From: an uncultured delta proteobacterium
Lineage (GTDB): Bacteria > Desulfobacterota > Desulfobacteria > Desulfobacterales > JAFDCJ01
DNA length: 64,000 nucleotides
NCBI GenBank assembly: GCA_963769935.1
Contig: CAVYNY010000032.1
Span: 1 to 64,000, forward strand
Direction of reading: 5' to 3'
The notes under the pieces are model-generated. The model did not search any database, was not told where the DNA came from, and worked only from the letters and a program-made list of their open reading frames with translations. Positions 57,838-64,000 of the stretch are shown here, piece after piece. A program made the translations under genes and the position numbers. Each line of letters starts with the position of its first letter. The stretch's first letter is position 1.

Positions 57838-58266
57838 ATGGAACCCGAGAAATTCGATTTTTGGCAGATTCATTCGCAGCACTATCTGGAAATGGCCTTT
57901 CGCAACGATCGGCGTGAAATCATAAGACAGCCTGACGGATATGGTAAAAGGGTCGGCGAATGCGGGGATACCGTGGAGATTTATTTATCCATCCGCGATG
58001 ACCGCATCCAAAGGGTGTCATTTCAAACCGACGGCTGCATGAATACCAGTGCCTGTGCCAATACCGTGGGCGAGCTGGCCGAAGGTAGAAAAGTAGACGA
58101 GGCCTGGGATATCACGCCGGAGGATATCATCGCTTACCTGGAAACACTCCCGCCGGCGAATACCCACTGCGCGGAACTGGCGGCCGGCGCATTGTATCTG
58201 GCCTTGGTGAATTATAAGGAACTTAAACGCCAGCCCTGGAAAAAGTTGTATTCGGGGAATTCCTAA
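57838..58266 (+). CDS. IscU/NifU-N-like Fe-S scaffold
   Basis: GECGDT, DGCMNTSAC, HCAELA. Confidence 0.85.
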   Translation: MEPEKFDFWQIHSQHYLEMAFRNDRREIIRQPDGYGKRVGECGDTVEIYLSIRDDRIQRVSFQTDGCMNTSACANTVGELAEGRKVDEAWDITPEDIIAYLETLPPANTHCAELAAGALYLALVNYKELKRQPWKKLYSGNS

Positions 58267-58404
58267 TAAGTTCGAAATTATTCAGATATAGTTGGTGTGA
58301 TTGCAGATGCGAATTCGGACTGCCCGATTGCACCACCGTAATTATGAATAAGAGCACTTAGAATTCTACGGCTAAAACCATTGGTAATATGGGTTGAGCC
58401 TGAA

Positions 58405-58458
58405 TATCCAGCATCGAGCATCCAGCATCCAGCATCGAGTATGCAATATCCAGCATCG
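58405..58458. repeat. Tandem 7-mer (CCAGCAT/CGAGCAT) repeat
   Basis: ATCCAGC ATCGAGC ATCCAGC ATCCAGC ATCGAGT ... Confidence 0.7.
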
Positions 58459-58465
58459 ACGGCTC

Positions 58466-60568
58466 TCACTGCTGCATGGCCTTGCGGCAGCGGGCCAGGA
58501 TGCTCAACACTTCAAAAGGCTCTTCAATCAGCGGGAAGGTCGGCACACCCCGGGGCTCCAGAAATGCTTTGGCCGCCTCCATGTGCTGCTTTTGGCCGGA
58601 GAAGGTGACGTAAAGAGGTTTTTCCGGATAGCGTTTGGCCAAATCGACGATAAAATCCATCGGAGGCACACCGGTTTCCTCGGTGATCATCAGAATCATG
58701 ACCACGGCATCAATGTTGGCGTCTCTGAGCACGGCCTCGGCGCCGTCCCGATAAGCCTGCTCGACGCCGGTGACCGTGGCGGCCGGCCAGATGTCCACCG
58801 GGTTTCGCATCCGGATGTAGGGCGGGCTGATGTCCTGCAGATAGCGCCGGGTTTTTTCTTCCAACTGCGGCACTTGCAGCCCCCAGCGCCGGTGGCAAAG
58901 ATCGGTCATGCATACCAGCATGGCGCCGGAAGGCGCCAGAAAGCTGACCCGGTTTCCCGCGGGCAGCGGCATGGCCGAAAGCGCCTTGGCCGCCAGAATC
59001 AGGTGGGAGTAGTCATAGATCCTGACCACACCGGCCTGCTGCAGGGCGCCTTCGATAATGCGGTCGTCCGAGGCCAGGGCGGCGGTGTGGGCCACGGCCG
59101 CCCGGGAGCCTTCGGCGGTGCTTCCGCCTTTGAGAAGAATCACCGGTTTGGTGCGCGTTACCCGGCGGGCGACTTCCAGAAAGCGCCGGGGCTTTTTAAA
59201 GCTTTCCACGTAAACGAAGATGGCTTTGGTTTCCGGATCCCGACCGTAATATTCGAGCACTTCGCTCTCTTCCACATCCAGCTTGTTGCCCATACCCAGC
59301 ACCCGGGCCACGCCGTAGTGTTCGCCGGATATGATGTAGCGCATGGTGTGGGTGGCGAAATTTCCGGTCTGGGCCAGGTAGGAAACATGGCCGCGCGGAA
59401 TTTTGCCGAGCGGGAAAAAACTTGAAGTGAAGTTATGGGGCGTCGACGTATGTCCCGAGGTGTTGGGGCCTATGGCTCGGACCCCGGTTTCGCGGATGGC
59501 CTGAATCGTTTCCTGCTGAAGTTTTTCGCCCTGCTCATCCACCTCGGCAAACCCGCTGGCGGCCATGACGACGGCCTTGGCCCCTTTGGCGGCACAGTCC
59601 CGGATGGCCTGCGGCGTCGCGCTGGCCGGCAGAATGATGATGGCCAGATCGATGCTGTCCGGCAGATCCTGGATGGAAGGGTAAACCCGATGCCCCAGAA
59701 TTTCGCCGCCCTTGGGGTTGACCAGATACAGTTTGCCGCCGAATTCATTGGCCAGAATGTTTTTAATGACGTCGTTGCCGGCCTTGTGGGGTGTCTGGGA
59801 GGCACCGACAACGGCCACACTGCGGGGTTCAAACAGAACATCCAGGTTGCCGGAAACCGGCTCCTCGGCGGGCGCCTGCGGCTGCGGCGCCTGCAGCACC
59901 ACCAGGGCGTCGACGGCCACCGGCAGGCCGTCGCGGACAATCAGGGGGTTGATGTCAATTTCGCGGATGGCGGGATGGTCTAATCCGATCCGGCCCAGCT
60001 GCTGCAGGCAGTGGCTGAGTTGATCGGTGGAAACGGGCGCCATGCCGCGGATGCCCTTTAAAATCCCGGCCCCTTGGATTTCGGCCGGCATTGCCCGGGC
60101 GTCCCGGTCGCTCAACGGAGCCACCCGGAAGGAAACGTCGCCCAGGGCTTCGGTGAGAATGCCGCCCAGGCCGAACATGACGCAGGGACCGAACTGGGGA
60201 TCCCGGATCAGACCCATCACCAACTCGCGCGGGCCGGCAACCATTTCCTGGACCAGGATCGCGCCGCCCAGATCGCGGGCTTGGGGGGCCAGCCGATCAT
60301 AGGCGCGTTTTAATTCGACGGCATCCCTGATTCCCAGCTCGATGAGACCCATTTCGGTCTTATGTTGGGCGGCGGCGGCGCAGGCCTTTAAGGCCACCGG
60401 ATAACCGATGCGATCGGCGGCCTGTTCGACGTCTGCCAAATCCTCCGCCAAAAATTCCGTAGTCGTCGGGATTCCGTATACTGCCAGAATCCGTTTGCTG
60501 TCATATTCGGACAGGGTGTTGCGTCCGGCCGCAAGGGCCTCTGCGATAATGGTCTCAACTGATTTCAC
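58466..60568 (-). CDS. ADP-forming acyl-CoA synthetase family (ATP-grasp + CoA-binding)
   Basis: LSEYDSKRIL, HKTEMG, DPQFGPCVMFGLGG, DINPL, AVVGAS, GPNT, HTAALA. Confidence 0.9.
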   Translation of the reverse strand: MKSVETIIAEALAAGRNTLSEYDSKRILAVYGIPTTTEFLAEDLADVEQAADRIGYPVALKACAAAAQHKTEMGLIELGIRDAVELKRAYDRLAPQARDLGGAILVQEMVAGPRELVMGLIRDPQFGPCVMFGLGGILTEALGDVSFRVAPLSDRDARAMPAEIQGAGILKGIRGMAPVSTDQLSHCLQQLGRIGLDHPAIREIDINPLIVRDGLPVAVDALVVLQAPQPQAPAEEPVSGNLDVLFEPRSVAVVGASQTPHKAGNDVIKNILANEFGGKLYLVNPKGGEILGHRVYPSIQDLPDSIDLAIIILPASATPQAIRDCAAKGAKAVVMAASGFAEVDEQGEKLQQETIQAIRETGVRAIGPNTSGHTSTPHNFTSSFFPLGKIPRGHVSYLAQTGNFATHTMRYIISGEHYGVARVLGMGNKLDVEESEVLEYYGRDPETKAIFVYVESFKKPRRFLEVARRVTRTKPVILLKGGSTAEGSRAAVAHTAALASDDRIIEGALQQAGVVRIYDYSHLILAAKALSAMPLPAGNRVSFLAPSGAMLVCMTDLCHRRWGLQVPQLEEKTRRYLQDISPPYIRMRNPVDIWPAATVTGVEQAYRDGAEAVLRDANIDAVVMILMITEETGVPPMDFIVDLAKRYPEKPLYVTFSGQKQHMEAAKAFLEPRGVPTFPLIEEPFEVLSILARCRKAMQQ

Positions 60569-60654
60569 ACGACCTCCTTATGAGTTCAATCTGATATTTT
60601 AATCCCCCGCCGTCGGATGGAGCGGATAAAACCGTCCTTGCCGATGGCCGGGTG

Positions 60655-60905
60655 CTGGAGTTATGGAGTACTGGAGTGTTGGAGTATTGAAGTGTTAAAT
60701 CGATTTAAAATTCCAAATAACAAAATACAAATCTCAAACAAATCACAATGACCAAAATTTGAAATTCAAAACAGGTCTTCTTGTTTGAATATTGGAATTT
60801 GGGATTTATTTGGAGTTTGGTGCTTGTAATTTGGTATTTTTCAATGCTGCAATACTCCATTACCCCAATACCCCATTTCTCCACTTCTTTAATATTTCAC
60901 CACTC
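60655..60905. repeat. Nested intergenic inverted repeats (TGGAGT-type octamers around the heptamer hairpin); octamer arms also at 62122-62180 and 63497-63580
   Basis: GGAGTTATGGAGTACTGGAGTGTTGGAGTA ... CAATACTCCATTACCCCAATACCCC. Confidence 0.6.
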
Positions 60906-61090
60906 CCAAAGCTTAATTCCAGAGCCTCTTGAGAAATCGATTCTTGTTACTAAGCCGAGCACAAATCAATAGACATAAATGTATTTAAAATCGAAAGCAA
61001 ACCTTCACCTTGCGCCGAATGCCCTGCGCCGAATGCCATTTCGAAATTAATAAAACAATGGTGGCTGATCGGAACATCTTTTATGTCTAC

Positions 61091-62035
61091 TTAATTATGG
61101 CCTTCTCTGTAAAACCCGGTCTGGTCCTTGCCTTTGAGGCCCAGCATTTGCCGGGCTTCAGCCGGATCGGCAATATCGAAACTGAGTTCGGAGATAATCC
61201 GCCGTATCTTGGCGACCAGATCGGCATTGCTCTTGGCCAGCTCGCCTCGCCCGATATAAAGGTTGTCCTCCAATCCCACCCGGACGCAGCCCCCCATAAC
61301 CACTCCCACCGTTCCCAGATTGAGCTCGTGGCGGCCGACGGACAGCACCGAAAAGATGTAGTCCTCTCCAAAGAGCTTGTCGGCGGTGGATTTCATAAAA
61401 ACCAGGTTTTCCACCGAAGGCTGAATGGCGCCGTGGATACCCAGGATCAACTGGATCCAGAAAGGCGGCCGGATGACGTTGCGGTCCGCCCAATAGGCCG
61501 TATTGTATAAATGGCCGACGTCATAGCATTCCAGCTCCGGCTTGGTGCCGCATTCCTCCATGATTTTAAAGATGCGCTCCTGATCGTAAAAGGTGTTTTT
61601 GAAAACCAGGTCCCTGGAGGACTCCAGGTAGGATTTTTCCCAGTCATATTTATATTCCCTGACGCGGTCCATCATCGGGAAAAGGCCGAAGTTGATGGAT
61701 CCCATGTTGATGGATGCCAGCTCCGGCTCGAGGGCCCGCACGGCCACCATGCGTTCTTCAGGCGTCATGGTCGGCGCCCCGCCGGTGGTGATGCAAATCA
61801 CGGCATCGCTCTGCTGATGCACCCGGCGGCAGAAGGTTTGAAATAAATCGAGATCCATGGTCGGACGCCCGTTTTGCGGATCCCGGGCGTGCAGATGCAC
61901 GGTGGCGGCCCCGGCTTCGGCGGCGGCCACCGCCTCGGCGGCGATCTGCTCCGGTGTGATGGGAAGATACGGCGAAAGCGAAGGGACGTGGATCGACCCG
62001 GTGACGGCACAGTTGATAATTACTTTGCGGCTCAT
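61091..62035 (-). CDS. 3-keto-5-aminohexanoate cleavage (BKACE/DUF849) enzyme
   Basis: CAVTG, LPITPEQI, VHLHARDP, TTGG, ASINMGS, PELECYD, RVGLEDN. Confidence 0.93.
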   Translation of the reverse strand: MSRKVIINCAVTGSIHVPSLSPYLPITPEQIAAEAVAAAEAGAATVHLHARDPQNGRPTMDLDLFQTFCRRVHQQSDAVICITTGGAPTMTPEERMVAVRALEPELASINMGSINFGLFPMMDRVREYKYDWEKSYLESSRDLVFKNTFYDQERIFKIMEECGTKPELECYDVGHLYNTAYWADRNVIRPPFWIQLILGIHGAIQPSVENLVFMKSTADKLFGEDYIFSVLSVGRHELNLGTVGVVMGGCVRVGLEDNLYIGRGELAKSNADLVAKIRRIISELSFDIADPAEARQMLGLKGKDQTGFYREGHN

Positions 62036-62244
62036 GCATTCCTCCTGGGGTGAAAATTTACGGAACGATGAATAAAATGTGGTAATTTTAGAGTTGTCTG
62101 AATTTCATGAAAGTTTTTATTTTGGAGTAAGATGGAGTAATGGAAAAAGACATCGATCCTTAAGCCAGTACTCCATACCTGCCATTCCCGTTTCCCATAA
62201 ACCATATATGACCCTGAAGGTGGAATTTTTCAGGGCGGATTAAT

Positions 62245-62414
62245 TAGTAGTTGACCGAAAACCCGCCCATAGCGCAGTGTTGGGTTTCGTCCTCAGGAAT
62301 CCATGTCGCCGCAAGAGATTGATTTTCGTAGGTTGGGTTGAGGGACGAAACCCAACGTTATCGATCGGACTCAACCCAACCTATTGGAAATCAGGACTTT
62401 TCGTTCAGGCACTA
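62245..62414. repeat. REP-containing MITE-like element, inverted relative of 34320-34448
   Basis: TAGTAGTTGACCGAAAA ... CTTTTCGTTCAGGCACTA; internal GTAGGTTGGGTTGAG..CTCAACCCAACCTA. Confidence 0.7.
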
Positions 62415-62422
62415 ATTAGAAA

Positions 62423-63400
62423 TTATTCCTCTTCCTGCGCCCATTCCTTCTTAACCAGCTTGAGGCGGGCGTAGAATTTGCGGTCCCGCTCGCGGCGCAT
62501 GGCATCGGCAGCTCCGGGACCGAAATCGTAAAATCCGCCCGAGGTCTTCAACCCCAGCCGTCCGGCCTGCACCTGCTTCGCCAGCAGGCGCGGCGGTTTA
62601 AAGTAGGGTTTGCCGAGTCTGGCATACAGGTACTCGAATACGCTCATATAAGTGTCCGCGCCGGCCTGATCCATTATTTCAAAGGGACCGTAAGCTCCCA
62701 GCCGGAAACCGAACGAGCTTTTGACGACGCTATCCACCTCAGCCGGCGTGGCCAGCCCCTCTTCGACCAGAGCGATGGCTTCGGCGGCCAGGGCCATTTG
62801 AATGCGGTTGGCCACAAAGCCGGGTGCGCTTTTGCAAACCGTGGGCATTTTACCCAGGCCGGTCAAAAACTTCATCATAAGATCGATGTTGGCCTGGCTG
62901 GCGCCTTGGCCGGGGATCACCTCCACGCAGGGCGTGATCTGGGGTGGATGGAACCAGTGGGTTCCGATGATTCGCTCCGGGTTGGGCACGCCGGCGGCCA
63001 GCTCGTTGATGTCGTAGGAGGAGGTGTTGGAGGCCAGGATGGCCTGCGGGGCGGCTTTTTGACCGAGTATATTCCAGACGCTGCGCTTGAGTTCAAAATT
63101 TTCGCTGACGGCTTCCAGAACATAATCGGCAGCCGCCAGGTTGCCCTCCAGATCGGTGGTAAAATTGATCCTTGACAGGGTGGCTGCTTTTTCAGAGGCA
63201 GCCAGTTCACCCAGCTCGATCATGTAGTCGAGGTTGTCCCGGATCCAGCCCCGGGCGCGATCCAGGAATTCATCCTTTTGATCCACCAGATAAACCTGGA
63301 GCTTGTTTAGGGCCAGAAGCTGGGCAAAGCCGTGGCCCATGATGCCGGCCCCTACGACCAGGGCGGTGTCGATTGTTCCCGTGATTTTTTTTTCCTGCAT
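62423..63400 (-). CDS. 3-hydroxyacyl-CoA dehydrogenase
   Basis: VGAGIMGHG, EAVSE, ASNTSS, HWFHPP, PGFVANR, GPFEIMD. Confidence 0.93.
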   Translation of the reverse strand: MQEKKITGTIDTALVVGAGIMGHGFAQLLALNKLQVYLVDQKDEFLDRARGWIRDNLDYMIELGELAASEKAATLSRINFTTDLEGNLAAADYVLEAVSENFELKRSVWNILGQKAAPQAILASNTSSYDINELAAGVPNPERIIGTHWFHPPQITPCVEVIPGQGASQANIDLMMKFLTGLGKMPTVCKSAPGFVANRIQMALAAEAIALVEEGLATPAEVDSVVKSSFGFRLGAYGPFEIMDQAGADTYMSVFEYLYARLGKPYFKPPRLLAKQVQAGRLGLKTSGGFYDFGPGAADAMRRERDRKFYARLKLVKKEWAQEEE

Positions 63401-63582
63401 TTTTCACTCTCATAACTTTTAGAGGTTAATGTTTTTCGGTTCCATGAACCAAAACAAGGTAGTCCAAATTGAAAGCTTTTATTCTGAATTAATCTCGGAG
63501 TCTTGGAGTGATGGAGTGTTGGAGTAATGGTAAATTGTTAGCCGTCTTTTTTCAATACTCCATCACTCGATCACTCCAAGAC

Positions 63583-64000
63583 TTACTGCTCATGGTTCGG
63601 TTGTTTCTGCTTCTTGGCTGGGGTCTCCTTTTCAAAAGGCGCTTTTGCCGCCGGCCTCCGGCTGGCCTCCTGCCGCGCATGGAAGCCGCAGGTATTGCGT
63701 ATCATCAGGACGGGGTCGATTAGAAATTTTTTCACCACGTGTTCGGATTCGCCCTTAATTTTGGCCAAAAGCTGCTCGACCGCCAAACGGCCCAAGGTGA
63801 TCTTCTGATGCGAGATGGTGGTCAAATCGATGCCGGGAAGCCCGGCCATTTCAATGTCGTCAAAGCCCACCAGGGCCATGTCATCGGGCGACTTGAGGCC
63901 GTTTTCCGCCAGGGCCTGGAGAACACCCATCGCCATGATGTCATTGGCGGAGAATATGGCGGTGGGCTGCGGCCTGGTTCGGATGATTTCCAGCCCCAGC
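63583..64000 (-). CDS. LacI-family regulator, C-terminal part (runs off the window)
   Basis: PTAIFSANDIMAMG, SPDDMALVGFDDI, LTTI. Confidence 0.9.
   Translation of the reverse strand, partial: LGLEIIRTRPQPTAIFSANDIMAMGVLQALAENGLKSPDDMALVGFDDIEMAGLPGIDLTTISHQKITLGRLAVEQLLAKIKGESEHVVKKFLIDPVLMIRNTCGFHARQEASRRPAAKAPFEKETPAKKQKQPNHEQ

Noticed and set aside
53047..63580. Possible CRISPR array among the short repeats
   Set aside because: Units are 7-8 nt tandem or inverted repeats with no unique spacers, and there are no cas genes.

Overview
The window looks like a deltaproteobacterial (Desulfobacterales-like) chromosome; the taxon is inferred from gene content and intergenic repeat types. It has three parts. 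(1) ~1.4-30.4 kb, almost all minus strand: an accessory stress and signalling island. It carries small general-stress-type proteins (YtxH, DUF948, BON/OsmY, CsbD, lmo0937-like, LapA) and a kaiC-kaiB-kaiB operon ending in a PAS/sigma54 enhancer-binding protein. It also has a second PAS/sigma54 activator, a GT4/GT4/GH130/GH130 sugar cluster, two B12-radical SAM paralogs and a CheB/CheR-PAS module. Three promoters in the island share one sigma54 architecture: tandem palindromic UAS, an IHF site and TGGCA(C/T)-N5-TTGA. (2) ~30.5-41.5 kb: an ODP-like di-iron protein plus PP2C phosphatase, an MtrA/DUF4346-type gene with an in-frame UGA in a U-x-x-C-x-x-C motif followed by a SECIS-like hairpin (candidate selenoprotein), MITEs, and a wrecked RND efflux operon. 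The middle of that operon has lost almost all coding-strand G, which is probably a sequencing artefact. (3) ~41.7-64 kb: mostly ordinary metabolic genes (cystathionine lyase, AMP nucleosidase, CoxDE-like, NifX/MinD-Fe-S/IscU operon with a palindromic operator, acyl-CoA synthetase/Kce/3-hydroxyacyl-CoA dehydrogenase/LacI). Many gene remnants and homopolymer frameshifts occur, so some pseudogene calls may be read errors. All family assignments come from motif recognition by eye, not database searches.
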